Below the pieces are notes generated by a model. That model did no database searches. It was given only the letters and a program-made list of their open reading frames with translations, and was not told where the DNA came from. A stretch of DNA of 64,000 nucleotides from Longimicrobiales bacterium (GTDB lineage Bacteria > Gemmatimonadota > Gemmatimonadetes > Longimicrobiales > Gaopeijiaceae): assembly GCA_965204735.1 (NCBI GenBank), contig OZ242008.1, positions 3,232,001 through 3,296,000 on the forward strand, in the 5' to 3' direction. Shown in pieces: positions 39,992-52,525 of the stretch; the stretch's first letter is position 1, and the number at the start of each line of letters is the position of its first letter. Made by a program: the position numbers and the translations under genes.

Positions 39992-41680
39992 TTGCACGAC
40001 CTGCTCGCGGCTCTCGCTGCGCCGGTTCGTTCCATGCCCCTGGAGCTGCTGCGCGTCTGGACCGCCGCGGTCGTGTTCGTCTACTTCCTCCAGGCGTACC
40101 GCCACGCAGGCGAGTTCACCGACCCGGAGGGGCTGATCGACCACCGCCTCTGCGCCAAGCTCCTTCCCGCCACCCGCTGGAGCCTCTTCCAGCCGTGGAT
40201 GCCCCGACGGTTCTTCCGCGCCGTCTACCTGTGCGCCTGCGCCGCGGCGGTTCTCGTGGCGCTGGGGGTGCACCCGCGAGCCTTCGCGCTCGTTCTCTTC
40301 GCCGCCGCCGTCTCCACCTACCGCTGGAACGCCTTGGTCGCCTACCTGGACGACTGCATCGTCCACGTCTTCTGCCTCTGGCTCGTGCTGCTGCCCGTCG
40401 GCCACGCCCCGGCCGCGGGCTCCGACGCCGGCGCGCTTACAGCGACCGTTCCCGGCGCCGCGCCTCGCGCCTTCATGGCGAACATGGCGCTGGTCTACCT
40501 GGTGGCGGGCGCGTACAAGTTCACCAGCCCCATGTGGAGGAACGGCACGGCGACCCACGCCGCCCTCAAGACGCCCGTCTCGCGCGCTCCCGGCTTCTGG
40601 ACGCTTCGCCACCGCTCCGTGCTGCGAGCAGCCAACTACGCCGCCCTGCTCCTGGAGCCGCTCTTCGGACTGGTGTTCGTGCTGCCGCCGGGCTCCCCGG
40701 CCAAGTGGTTCCTGGGCGCGTGCGCGGCGTTCTTTCACTTGGGCATCGTCGCAACGCTCAAGATCCCCTACGCCAACCTTCTCATGCTCGGCGGCCTCGT
40801 CACCGCCTTCGGACCGGAGATCGCCCACGCGGCCTCACCCCAGGTCGTACGGGAGACCGCCCACGCGGCCTCACCCCAAGTCGGGCCAGAGACCGCCCGC
40901 CCCGCCTCGCCCAGCTTCGGACCGGAAGCAGGCCCGGCGACGACCGGCCCGGCCGGCCCGCTCGATCCCCTGGACCCTTCCGCAATCGCCGCCCTCCTCC
41001 TGGTGAGCGCGCTGGCGGCGATGTTCGCCTGGGAGGCCGCGGGCAAGCGGCATCCCATATCCCGGCCCTACTCGGCCCCCGGCCGGCCCTTCGCCTCGGC
41101 CCGCAGCCGACGAGACCGCTTGCTGGCAGGCTGGGCAAACCCCCTCCGCTTCGTCCTGTGGTTGGCGGGAGTCTTTCAGAGCTACCGCCTCTTCGACTGG
41201 GTCGACTCCCGCAACTACCACGTTCGCTACGAACTCCGGCGCCCGGCGCGCGGCTCGACGCAGGGCCAAGCCCTCGACGCCGGCTTGCTGTTCCCCGACG
41301 CGATGCGCCACCTGCTGCTCCAGTCCTACCTGCTGGGCAACGTTTGGCTGCAGATGAGCCCCGAGGCGTTGGCGGCCGTGAGGAGAGCGATCTTGTCCCG
41401 CTACGCCGCCCGCTACGCCCGCTTCCACCCGAACGCGGGCACGCTTGAGGCGTGGGCGATCGTTCAGCGGGTCACGTCGGACAACCTCGACCTGGCCCGA
41501 GGCGAGCGGCGCTTCCTGATGCGCTTCAGCTGCCGCCACGGCGTCGCGGCGATCGACGACCTGGGCACGGCGGCAGGCGACCCCGCATCGCTCCGCGGCC
41601 GCGACGGTCCCGAAGCCCCCGACGGCGATCCTGCGCGCTCCGGCGCTGACCGAACGCTCCCCGCCCCCACCGCGACCTGA
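39992..41680 (+). CDS. HTTM-domain (vitamin K-dependent carboxylase-like) membrane protein
   Basis: Multiple TM helices; LELLRV near the N-terminus, VYLVAGAYKFTSPMWRNG, LLLEP, FHLGI; soluble C-terminal region. TTG start uncertain. Confidence 0.7.
   Translation: MHDLLAALAAPVRSMPLELLRVWTAAVVFVYFLQAYRHAGEFTDPEGLIDHRLCAKLLPATRWSLFQPWMPRRFFRAVYLCACAAAVLVALGVHPRAFALVLFAAAVSTYRWNALVAYLDDCIVHVFCLWLVLLPVGHAPAAGSDAGALTATVPGAAPRAFMANMALVYLVAGAYKFTSPMWRNGTATHAALKTPVSRAPGFWTLRHRSVLRAANYAALLLEPLFGLVFVLPPGSPAKWFLGACAAFFHLGIVATLKIPYANLLMLGGLVTAFGPEIAHAASPQVVRETAHAASPQVGPETARPASPSFGPEAGPATTGPAGPLDPLDPSAIAALLLVSALAAMFAWEAAGKRHPISRPYSAPGRPFASARSRRDRLLAGWANPLRFVLWLAGVFQSYRLFDWVDSRNYHVRYELRRPARGSTQGQALDAGLLFPDAMRHLLLQSYLLGNVWLQMSPEALAAVRRAILSRYAARYARFHPNAGTLEAWAIVQRVTSDNLDLARGERRFLMRFSCRHGVAAIDDLGTAAGDPASLRGRDGPEAPDGDPARSGADRTLPAPTAT
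40811..40927. repeat. 36-nt tandem repeat (about 3 copies), in frame within the HTTM gene
   Basis: Encodes GPEIAHAASPQV / VRETAHAASPQV / GPETARPASPSF / GPE. Confidence 0.9.
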
Positions 41681-41696
41681 GGCGCGCCGAAACGAG

Positions 41697-43745
41697 ATGT
41701 GCGGCATCGTGGCGGTGCGCTCCTGGGGCGACCCGGTTGCCAAAGGCGCGCTGGTTCGCGCCACCGACTCGCTGCGGCACCGGGGTCCCGACGGCCGGCG
41801 CACCTGGGTCTCGCCCTCCGGCCGCGCGGGCCTCGGCCACGCCCGCCTGGCGATCAACGACCCCGAGGGCGCGCAACCCATCGCCAGCGAAGACGGACGC
41901 TTGCTCATCGCCGCCAACGGCGAGTTCTACGACTTCAGGCGCGAGCGCAGGCGCCTTCGGTCCGCCGGGCACCGCTTCCGCACCCGCTCCGACACGGAAG
42001 TCGCCCTGCACCTGTACGAAGACGCCGGAAGCGAGTGCCTGCACCACCTTCGCGGCCAGTTCGCCTTCGCCGTCTGGAACGAACGCTCCGGCGTCCTCTT
42101 CGCCGCCCGGGACCGCTTCGGCCTCAAGCCGCTCTTCTACAGCGAGCACCGGGGCGCGATCTACTTGGCGTCGGAAGCAAAGGCCCTCTTCGCGGCGGGC
42201 GTTCCGGCAGCGTGGGACCTGCACGCGGCCTACCAAGCGCTTCACGCGTGCCCCGACGAGCGGCGCTCCCTCTTTGCCGGAGTGGCCCAGCTTCCGCCGG
42301 GACACTTTCTGACGGCATCGGACGCGGGCATCCGGATCGAGCGCTGGTGGGACCTGCCCCCTTCGCCCCGGCCCCCGCCCCGCACCCGGCCGCGCGCCGG
42401 ACCGCGGCCCGCCGGCGACCGGTCTTGGACGCCGCGCCCGTCCACCCGCGGCCACGACGCCTCCGAGCAGGAACTCCGTCGGCAGGAAGCCGGCGACGCG
42501 GCCGTGCTCGCCGAGAAGGCCGACGAAGTGCGCCGCCTCTTCCTGGAATCCGTTCGCCTCCGCCTGGACGCCGACGTTCCCTTGGGGTGCCTCCTCAGCG
42601 GCGGCCTGGACTCGTCGGCGGTCCTGGGCGCTGCCGCTTCGCACGCGAGCGAGCCTCCGACCGCGTTCACCGTCGGCTTCGAGCGACGCAGCTACGACGA
42701 GAGCGACGCGGCGCGACGGACGGCAAGGGTCGTGGGAGCAAGACACGTCGTGGCGACTCTCCGGGACCGGGAGTTGGCCGACCACTTCGCGGACGCGGTC
42801 TGGCACGCCGAGACGATCCAGTACAACGCCCACGGCGTGGCGCGGTTCCTGCTGGGCCGGGCCGTGCGCGACGCCGGCTTCCGAGCCGTTCTGGCCGGAG
42901 AGGGCGCCGACGAAGCCTTCTTCGGCTACGAGTTCCTGAGGGCCGCGGCGGGCACGAGCGCGGGGACGGGTCGAGGCACCGCGGCCGAGTCCCGTCTCGC
43001 GGCCCGGGCCGTCAGGGCGCTCCGCCTGCTGCCCCGCCTCCTCCGCTCCCCGTCCCGCCGGCACCCCGCGCTTGCCGCCGTCTCCCCGTGGGTCGCCCGC
43101 CTCGCCGTGCTCCTCGACGCGCCCCCTGCTCTCTTCGACAGGCTGACGCGGGGCCTCGGCCACCTTCGGTCGATCTCCGCCCCCGCCTTCCTGCGGCGCT
43201 TCCGCGGCTACGACCCGTACCGCGCCTTCTACCGCCGCTGCAACGCCGCCGCCGGCCTGCGGAAGCGCGAGCCGGCGCGCCAGCTTCTCTACCTCTGGCT
43301 CCACTCGCTCTTCGTCAACTACCACCTCGCCGCCGACCGCCTCGACATGGCGCACGGCGTCGAGGTTCGCCTTCCGTTTCTGGACCACCACCTCTTCGAG
43401 CACGTCAACGCGCTCCCCCTTCCGCTCCTGGCCGCCACCCGCCCCGAGAAGCTGCTCCTGCGAACCGCGGCCCGCCCCTTCGTCCCCGAAGCGGTCCACG
43501 CGCGAGCCAAGCGCCCCTTCTGGGCGCCCCCGTCGGCCAGCATCTGCGCCAACCCCCTCCACGACCTGGTCCAGGACCTCATTCGGGGGCACGCGACGCA
43601 CTCGCTTCCGTTCTTCGACCACGCGGCGGCGCTGCGCTTCCTGGACGGCCTTCCCGCCCTTCCCGAAGCCGACCGCCCCGCAGCCGACTCCCTCCTCCTC
43701 ATGCTCGCCTCCGCGGCGGTCCTTCAGGAACGCTACCGGCCGTAG
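41697..43745 (+). CDS. AsnB-type glutamine amidotransferase, paralogue 2
   Basis: MCGI, HRGPD, HARLAI, NGEFY, RDRFGLKP, LSGGLDS, GEGADE, DRLDMAHGVEVRLPFLD. Confidence 0.92.
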   Translation: MCGIVAVRSWGDPVAKGALVRATDSLRHRGPDGRRTWVSPSGRAGLGHARLAINDPEGAQPIASEDGRLLIAANGEFYDFRRERRRLRSAGHRFRTRSDTEVALHLYEDAGSECLHHLRGQFAFAVWNERSGVLFAARDRFGLKPLFYSEHRGAIYLASEAKALFAAGVPAAWDLHAAYQALHACPDERRSLFAGVAQLPPGHFLTASDAGIRIERWWDLPPSPRPPPRTRPRAGPRPAGDRSWTPRPSTRGHDASEQELRRQEAGDAAVLAEKADEVRRLFLESVRLRLDADVPLGCLLSGGLDSSAVLGAAASHASEPPTAFTVGFERRSYDESDAARRTARVVGARHVVATLRDRELADHFADAVWHAETIQYNAHGVARFLLGRAVRDAGFRAVLAGEGADEAFFGYEFLRAAAGTSAGTGRGTAAESRLAARAVRALRLLPRLLRSPSRRHPALAAVSPWVARLAVLLDAPPALFDRLTRGLGHLRSISAPAFLRRFRGYDPYRAFYRRCNAAAGLRKREPARQLLYLWLHSLFVNYHLAADRLDMAHGVEVRLPFLDHHLFEHVNALPLPLLAATRPEKLLLRTAARPFVPEAVHARAKRPFWAPPSASICANPLHDLVQDLIRGHATHSLPFFDHAAALRFLDGLPALPEADRPAADSLLLMLASAAVLQERYRP

Positions 43746-45022
43746 TCCCCTCCGCTACCTTCCACCATGCCCAGCGCCCCCTCGCCCCGCTGACCGCCGG
43801 ATGGAGAGCTTCGTCGGCGCAGCGTTGATCTTCGGAGCGCTGGCGGCGGCGGCGCGGATCGCTGCTGCCGCCCGCGATCCGATCCACCCGCTGGCCGTAT
43901 TCACGGTCTCATGGATCGGGGTCTTCGGCTTTGCGCACCTGCGGCTGTCCGAGACGTACGACGAGCCCTACTACGCCGACCCCTTCGGGCTCCAGACGTA
44001 CGTCGTCGTGTTCTTGGCCCTGGCGTCCTTCGCCGGCGGCTTCGTCCTGGCGGCGAAACGCCTCGCGCCGCCGGAACGCGCCACGACCCGCAGGCGGCTG
44101 CACGAGCTGGCCGAGCTGCCGACCCTGGCGTGGGCGGCGCTGGCAGTGTACGCAGTGGCGACGCTGGCCACGTGGTGGCTCGTGCGCGTCGCCGGCGAAG
44201 TGCCCCTCTTCTCGCCCTCCGTCAACACGCTCCGGCAGACCTTCCAGCTCCCCTACGTGGGATACTTGTACAACCTGCACATCCTTGCGGCCACCCTTTG
44301 CTTGATGCTGGCGCTGAAGTCGAAGCCGCCTGCACGGCGGGCCTTGTGGTTGACGCTCGCCGGCTCTTCCGTCGTGATGCTGATGTTCGGAGGCGTGCGG
44401 GTCACCGCCTTGGCCGCCCTTGCCTGGGGAGGCGTGTACGTCGCCTACGCGCTTTCGCGCCGACGCCGGCGCACCGCCGCGCTGGTGGCCGTTCTGGGGC
44501 TCGCGATCTTCGTGGCCGTCGAGGCCGCTCGGCGTCGAGAGTTCCGGGAAGCGCCGGAGCTGCAGAACCCCAGGGTCGACACGGGCGTCCTGGCCACCGC
44601 CTGGGCGCACACGGGCGCCAGCTTCAAGAACCTTCAGCTGACCCTGGACCGGCACACGCCCCTCACGATGGGGCTGAACAGCTTCGACCTGCTCCGAACG
44701 CTCATTCCGGAAGCCCGGAACGTGGGCGACGAGCTCAGCTACCTCTACGGAACCCACAACACGCCCACGTTCCTGGGGTTCCTCTACTTCGACTTCGGCT
44801 TTGCCGGCGTGCTCTTCATGCCCGGCATCTACGGCGCCCTCGCCGCGTTCGCCTACAATCGGTTCCTAAGGCACGGCAACCTCTTCTGGCTCGTCGTGCA
44901 CATCGACTTCTTCCTGGCCGTCCTGCTTTCGTTCCGCACGCACCGCTTCCTGGGCAACAACTTGATCTTCTTCGCGGGGACCGCCTGGGCCGTCCAGCTT
45001 CTCCTCGACAGCCGCCGGTCGC

Positions 45023-46942
<1,920 letters not shown>

Positions 46943-47019
46943 GGTCCGTCTCCGGTCGTCGCGTCCGACTGGTCCGTGCCCGGTTGAGCCCGCTGCTGCT
47001 CGCCGGTAGCTTCCACGAC

Positions 47020-48072
47020 GTGCCAACCAAGCCTTCGCTGCTGGTGGTCGCCGCCGGCACAAGAGATGCGGCCAGCACCCGGCACCGCCTGTGGAACTAC
47101 CGCGACGCTCTGGAGCGGGACTTCGCGCCCCTGCGCTGGGTCGAGTACGGAGGGCCGGAGGGATGGTCGCCGGCCGCCGTCCGCAAGCGCGTCGCGTGCG
47201 TGGCAGCGGCGTGGCAGGGCGCATCGTCGTCGGACGTCGTGCTGATTCAGAAGCTTCTCTTCCCCGGCGCCGTGGTCCACGCGTGGAAATCGATGGGGAC
47301 GCGCATCGTCTACGACCTGGACGACGCCCTCTACGCGTCCGCGCCCCGCGGCGAAGCTCCCTCGACGGTCGCCGCCCGTCGCCGCCGGCTGGACGACACG
47401 CTGGGAGCGGCCGACCAAGTGATCGTCGGCTCCGAGCCGCTGCGGCGGTACGCTTCCCAGCGCAACTCCAACGTCGCCGTGCTCTACCCCAGCTTGGACC
47501 CTCGCCGGTTCACGGACTTTCCCCGCCCCGCGCGCGCCGCCTCCGGAGGGTTTCGCGTCGGGTGGATCGGCCACGACCGCAACCTGCACTACCTGGCCCC
47601 CCTGGCCGGCGCCCTGGCGTCGGTGGCCGAAGAGGTGCCGGGCTTCGAGCTCGTCGTGTGCAGCGGCAAGGCGCCCAGCCTCGGCCCTCTGCCTCCCGAC
47701 CGGGTCGTCTTCGTCCCCTGGTCGGAGGAGAACGAGCTGCGGGCGCTGGCCTCGATCGACGCCGCCGTGTCGCCGATGGGACGGGACGCATGGAGCCAGG
47801 GCCGCGGAGGCCGGGTCTCGGTGCTCAACAGCATGGCGGCGGCCCTGCCCGTGGTGCTGGAGAAGGGCGGAGGAGCAGAGGACTTGGTCCGGGACGGCGA
47901 GAGCGCCCTCTTCGCCGATTCGCCTTCCGCCTTTCGCGCCCACTTGCTCGCCCTCGCCAAGGACCCCGCCTACGGGAGGAAGGTCGGCGCCGCCGCTCGG
48001 GCCGTGGTGGAGGAGCGGGTCTGGAGCCACGTCCAGTACCCTCGCCTGCGGGCGGCCGTCGCCGGGAAGTGA
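47020..48072 (+). CDS. Glycosyltransferase family 4-like
   Basis: ASTRHR, YDLDDA, GWIG, SMAAALPVV, VRDGESA. Start is GTG 47020 or TTG 46984. Confidence 0.8.
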   Translation: MPTKPSLLVVAAGTRDAASTRHRLWNYRDALERDFAPLRWVEYGGPEGWSPAAVRKRVACVAAAWQGASSSDVVLIQKLLFPGAVVHAWKSMGTRIVYDLDDALYASAPRGEAPSTVAARRRRLDDTLGAADQVIVGSEPLRRYASQRNSNVAVLYPSLDPRRFTDFPRPARAASGGFRVGWIGHDRNLHYLAPLAGALASVAEEVPGFELVVCSGKAPSLGPLPPDRVVFVPWSEENELRALASIDAAVSPMGRDAWSQGRGGRVSVLNSMAAALPVVLEKGGGAEDLVRDGESALFADSPSAFRAHLLALAKDPAYGRKVGAAARAVVEERVWSHVQYPRLRAAVAGK

Positions 48073-48145
48073 CCCCGGGCGCCCAGGACGCCGGCCGCGC
48101 AGCGCTGGCGCTCGCCGGAGCGCCGGCCCGGCGGCGGGAGCGTCG

Positions 48146-50518
48146 TCAGGCGTCCGCCGCCGTCTTGTAGTATCGCCGGTAGTATCCGTAGTCGCCGTCG
48201 CCGTAGTACCGCCCACGCCTGCTGGAATCCACGTCGTTGAGCACGACCCCGGCCAGGGGGGCGCCCACGGCCTCCAGCTGTCCACGGGCGAAGGCCAGGG
48301 CGCCCTGCAGGGTGATCCCCGCCCGGGCCACGAGGATGACGCCGTCGGCGAGGGTGCCCAGGATCGCCGCGTCGGTCACCAGGTTGAGGGGCGGGGAGTC
48401 GAAGAGGACGATCTTGTACTGGCCCCGCAGCGCTTCCACAAGCGACGCCATGTGCCCCGAGCCCAGCAGCTCCGAAGGGTTGGGGGGCAGCGTGCCCGTG
48501 GGCAGGTAGTGGAGGGTCTTGCCCTCCGGCACTTCCGCTTCCCGAACGGCCTCGGCCAGCTCCACGTCGCCCTTGAGCACGTTGGTGAGCCCCGGCTCCG
48601 CGCTCCCGCCGAACATCCGGTGGATCACCCCCCGTCGAAGGTCGGCGTCCACCAGGAGCGCTTCGGCGCCCTGCTGCGCCAGCGTCGCGGCCAAGTTGCC
48701 CGTGCACGTGGACTTGCCCTCGGACGGCCCTGGACTGGTCACCAGCACCGTCTGCAGCGGGCTGTCCACGTTCAGGAAGGTGATGTTGGTCCGAAACGCC
48801 CGGTAGGCCTCCGAGACCAGCGAACCCCGGAGCGCCGCGTTCCCGGCCACCAGCGGTCGCTCCCCGGCGACGGCCTTCCGCCCGTTGGACTTGATCCCCG
48901 CAATCCGCGGGATCATCGCCAGCACCGGCGCGCCGGCCAGCCGGCCCAGCTCCTGCCGCGAGCGGATCCGCTCGTCCATGTGGTCCCGGGCGGCCGCCAA
49001 TCCCGTCCCCGCCACGAAGCCGAAGAAGAGCGCCAGCGCCAGTCCGCGCACCTTTCGGGGACGGATCGGACGGGTCGGCTCGATCGCCGGGTCCACGACC
49101 CGCACGTCGCCCGAGCGCACCGCCTGGGCGACCCTGGCCTGCTGGAGGCGGGACTGAAGGGTGGCGTATATCTCCGACAGGGTCTCCACCTGCCGCTCCA
49201 GGCGGCCCAGCTGCACGGTGTTGACGGGTATCCGCTCCAGCTGCAGGCCGAACTGGGCGAGCTGGTCGTCCGCCGACTCGACTTGAGCCCGCAAGTTCTC
49301 CCCGTAGTTCACCGCGAGCTGGTAGAGCTCGCCTTCCAGCTGAGCGATCTGCGCGTCCATCGCCACCACTTCGGGGTGGGCCGGCGTGCGCAGCTCCAGC
49401 TGGGCGGTGCGGTCGGTCTCGATCCGATTGAGTTCCGACAGCAACCCGGTGACGGCTTGGTTCTCGAGGAACGTGGCAAAGGCCGCCAGCCCCCGGTAGG
49501 GCGACCTCTCCTCGGCTCCCCGGCGGGTCGCGGCCCCTTGCTCCTCGATGGCGCCCAGCACTGCGGTCAGCGACGCCAGCTCGCCCTCGAGCCTGCGCTT
49601 CTCGGCCTGCGCGTCGGCGCGCAACCGCACTTGCGCCGCCCCTTCCGCCGCCAAGTCCACGACCTGCTCGCCCTGCTGAAACTTGAGCCGAGCCTCTTCC
49701 GCCCGGAGCAAGCTGTCGCCGTGCTCCCGTATCTGCCGTTCGAGGAAGGCCACGGTGGAGTCGGCCTCCAGTCGCTTGGCCTGGTTGCGCCTCTCCAGGT
49801 AGAGCGAAGCGACCAGGTTCGGAACCCTTGCCACCAGCGCCCGGTCCGTCCCCCGGTACGACACGGACATCACCGCCGCCTCGCGGATGGGTCGCGCGAC
49901 GGCCAGCTCCTCCACCAAGGATTCGACGGCTTCCCGCGCCCCCAGCGTCCTGATCCTGAACTCCTTCGGCAGCTCCCCGTCCGCCAGGACGATGCGGGCG
50001 CCGTTGAAGACCATCGCCTCTCCCTGGGCGATCCGGCCGACCTCGCGCCCCTCGGAGTCGACGATCACATAGGGCGCCCCGGCCTCCTCGCCGTCGCGGC
50101 GAAAGTCGTAGCGCTCGGCGACCGTGGCCCGTCCGGCGCTGACCTGCGAGAACACGTCGTCCCGCCCCGAGTCGGACGGCTTCTCGAAGACGATCTGCAG
50201 GGCCAGGGAGTCGACGGCGGCTTCGGCCAAGCTGCGGGCGCCCAGCAGCGCCATCTCCGTGTCCACATCGCCGGCTCGAAGCATCTCGGCGATGAACGCG
50301 AACTCCTGGGTGATCGGTCGGCTGGCGTCGACGTGGATCGTGGCCGCGGCCTCGTACACGGGGCGCACCGTCCACACGTAGTAGGCCGTCGCGCCGCCGG
50401 AGAGCGCCGTGCACGCCAGGATGATCCGCATGTTCCGGCGGAGGAGGTTCACCAAGTCCCTGAACGGCGAATCCTTTGGAGGCGCTTCCGACCGGGGCAC
50501 TCTGCCGTTTCGTTCCAT
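48146..50518 (-). CDS. wzc: Polysaccharide co-polymerase/tyrosine autokinase
   Basis: Two TM helices flanking coiled coils, EAYRAFRTN, Walker A SPGPSEGKST, VDADLR, FDSPP, C-terminal Tyr cluster (YYGDGDYGYYRRYY). Confidence 0.93.
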   Translation of the reverse strand: MERNGRVPRSEAPPKDSPFRDLVNLLRRNMRIILACTALSGGATAYYVWTVRPVYEAAATIHVDASRPITQEFAFIAEMLRAGDVDTEMALLGARSLAEAAVDSLALQIVFEKPSDSGRDDVFSQVSAGRATVAERYDFRRDGEEAGAPYVIVDSEGREVGRIAQGEAMVFNGARIVLADGELPKEFRIRTLGAREAVESLVEELAVARPIREAAVMSVSYRGTDRALVARVPNLVASLYLERRNQAKRLEADSTVAFLERQIREHGDSLLRAEEARLKFQQGEQVVDLAAEGAAQVRLRADAQAEKRRLEGELASLTAVLGAIEEQGAATRRGAEERSPYRGLAAFATFLENQAVTGLLSELNRIETDRTAQLELRTPAHPEVVAMDAQIAQLEGELYQLAVNYGENLRAQVESADDQLAQFGLQLERIPVNTVQLGRLERQVETLSEIYATLQSRLQQARVAQAVRSGDVRVVDPAIEPTRPIRPRKVRGLALALFFGFVAGTGLAAARDHMDERIRSRQELGRLAGAPVLAMIPRIAGIKSNGRKAVAGERPLVAGNAALRGSLVSEAYRAFRTNITFLNVDSPLQTVLVTSPGPSEGKSTCTGNLAATLAQQGAEALLVDADLRRGVIHRMFGGSAEPGLTNVLKGDVELAEAVREAEVPEGKTLHYLPTGTLPPNPSELLGSGHMASLVEALRGQYKIVLFDSPPLNLVTDAAILGTLADGVILVARAGITLQGALAFARGQLEAVGAPLAGVVLNDVDSSRRGRYYGDGDYGYYRRYYKTAADA

Positions 50519-50525
50519 CGCGCCG

Positions 50526-51182
50526 TCAGTTCGCGTTCGCAATGAGGATTCCGACGATCACGTTGCTGATGATCGACACGATCCCCACCATCGACGGGAA
50601 GTTGCGCGACAGCCAGCCGCGCTGCCCCACGGAGACCCGGTCGCCGGAACGGATGCCGGCTTGGCCCACCACGGTGGCGCCGTTCAGGTCGAGCTCGAAG
50701 CGCTGGCCGTCCCTGAAGAGGCCGATCTTGTTGGCGTCCGCGTCCATGTTGAGTCCGCCCGCCTGGGCGATGAGGTCGGCGATGCTCACGGTGGCGTCGA
50801 CCGTGTACAGTCCCGGCACCCTCACTTCTCCGGAAACGGTGATCCGCCGCAGGAGCTTCACGTTGATCGACGGATTGTTCAGGAACTCCGCGTACGCCGC
50901 CGCCAAGTCGTCCCGGAGGTCCTGCGCCGATATGCCCAGCACCTGCTTGGCGCCGATCAAGGGCAGCACGACCCTGCCCGACTCGTCCACCGTGAACTGG
51001 CCCGAAAGCGTCTCCTCGCGCCAGATCTGGACGTCGATCACGTCTCCCGGCAGAAGCGACCCGGCCGAACCGACGGCCCGAGCATCTTCCGAGTCCTGGA
51101 GTTCGTTCACTTGGGCGACGGCGCCGCCCGGCGCCTCGAGGGCTGCAAGAGCAAGCGCGGCAACGGCAAGTCGCGTCTTCAC
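50526..51182 (-). CDS. wza: Polysaccharide export protein (Poly_export + SLBB, Wza-like)
   Basis: LLPGDVIDVQIW, VDESGRVVLPLIG, VSGEVRVPG, AQAGG, GDRV; directly upstream of wzc. Confidence 0.85.
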   Translation of the reverse strand: MKTRLAVAALALAALEAPGGAVAQVNELQDSEDARAVGSAGSLLPGDVIDVQIWREETLSGQFTVDESGRVVLPLIGAKQVLGISAQDLRDDLAAAYAEFLNNPSINVKLLRRITVSGEVRVPGLYTVDATVSIADLIAQAGGLNMDADANKIGLFRDGQRFELDLNGATVVGQAGIRSGDRVSVGQRGWLSRNFPSMVGIVSIISNVIVGILIANAN

Positions 51183-51227
51183 GAGGTCCTTTGGCGGGCG
51201 TCCCGGCGGCGAGGCGACGAAGGTCGC

Positions 51228-51263
51228 GACGGGCTCCGAGGCTGAGACGGGCTCCGAGGCCGA
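51228..51263. repeat. 18-nt tandem repeat in the divergent wza/GT4 intergenic region
   Basis: gacgggctccgaggctga / gacgggctccgaggccga. Confidence 0.85.
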
Positions 51264-51280
51264 ACAGGGAGGCCGGAGGC

Positions 51281-51303
51281 AACAGTGAGTATAGTACTTT
51301 CAT
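51281..51303. promoter_or_regulatory. Candidate bidirectional -10 region
   Basis: AT-rich patch between divergent genes; TATAGT on + (51290-51295) overlaps TATACT on - (51288-51293). Confidence 0.45.
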
Positions 51304-51364
51304 GGCGTTCGGCGAAGTTGCGGGAAGCCGTCCGCCCGCCCACGACGAAGCTTCAAGAGCGCGC

Positions 51365-52525
51365 ATGAGGGTTCTCGTCAATTTCCTGCCCCTTCCGCCT
51401 TCCGCCGCCGGGGGCCTCCAGAACGCCGCCAACTTCTGGCGGGCCGTCGGGGCCTGGGGCGGACGCGACGAATGGCTTTGCGTGGCCCGCCCCGACCTGG
51501 GAATCGAGAAGCTTGCGACCCGACCTTGGCAAGACGCGAAGACCGCAAGCCCAGGCGGACTGGCCGACCGCTTGGCCTTGGAGAACCGCTGGCTGCCGGC
51601 CTTGGCCCGGAAGTGGCGCGCCGACGTCCTCTTCACCCCGGCCGGCGCCGGTCCCCTCGTCAGCCCAGCCCCCACCGTCGTCGGCTGGAACGACTCCACC
51701 GCGGCGTACCCGAACTCCCGGCTGGGCAAGCGCCTCTCGCGGCCTCGGCGGCTCCACGACCGGGCACGGCGCCTCTACTCCGCCTCGGTCGTCAAGCGAG
51801 CACGCCGAGTCTGCGTTCAGACCAGGGTCATGGCCGACCGGCTGTCGGCGCGCTGGAGGATTCCTCCCGCGCGCTTCCTGGTGGTGCCCAACGGCCCCTC
51901 CGCATTCCTCTCCGACGAAGCGCCCGCCCCCGAGAACGGGCGGGCCCGGCGGCCGTGGAAGGTCTTGGTCATCGGCGTGCCCAAGCCCCCGAAGAACTTC
52001 GCCGTCGTCCCGGAGACCGGAACGCGCCTCCGGGAGCTGGACGTGGGCCCGGGCCGCTTCGTCATGACGATCGGCTCCGACCACGAGCCTTGGCTGGGCT
52101 CGTTCCGCGAAGCCCTGGGCCGCTGGGGCGAAGCCTTCCCCATCGACCGGGTGGGCCGCGTGCCCCACTCGGAGCTCGGCCGGCTCTACCGGGACGCCGA
52201 CGCCGTCTTCCTGCCGTCGCTGCTGGAGTCCTTCTCCGCTTCCTACGTCGAGGCCATGCACTTCGGGGTGCCTCTCGTGACCAGCGGCTACGACTTTGCA
52301 AGGGAGATCTGCGGTCCCGCCGCCCACTACGTGGACCCCGCCGACCCGGCGGACTGCGCTCGAGGGCTGGCTCGGGTCCTCACCGACCCGGCCCGGCGCC
52401 GAGCCCTGCGCGAGGCGGGCTTCCGCCGCCTCCAAGACTTCCCCACGTGGGAAGAGCGCTTTCGGCTCTATCGGAAGGCGTGCGCCTCGGCCGTTCCGTC
52501 GGCGGACGGCCGCCGCCGTCCGTGA
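51365..52525 (+). CDS. Glycosyltransferase family 4
   Basis: AGG near the N-terminus, VVPNG, KNF, PSLLESFSASYVEAM (E-x7-E motif). Confidence 0.9.
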   Translation: MRVLVNFLPLPPSAAGGLQNAANFWRAVGAWGGRDEWLCVARPDLGIEKLATRPWQDAKTASPGGLADRLALENRWLPALARKWRADVLFTPAGAGPLVSPAPTVVGWNDSTAAYPNSRLGKRLSRPRRLHDRARRLYSASVVKRARRVCVQTRVMADRLSARWRIPPARFLVVPNGPSAFLSDEAPAPENGRARRPWKVLVIGVPKPPKNFAVVPETGTRLRELDVGPGRFVMTIGSDHEPWLGSFREALGRWGEAFPIDRVGRVPHSELGRLYRDADAVFLPSLLESFSASYVEAMHFGVPLVTSGYDFAREICGPAAHYVDPADPADCARGLARVLTDPARRRALREAGFRRLQDFPTWEERFRLYRKACASAVPSADGRRRP

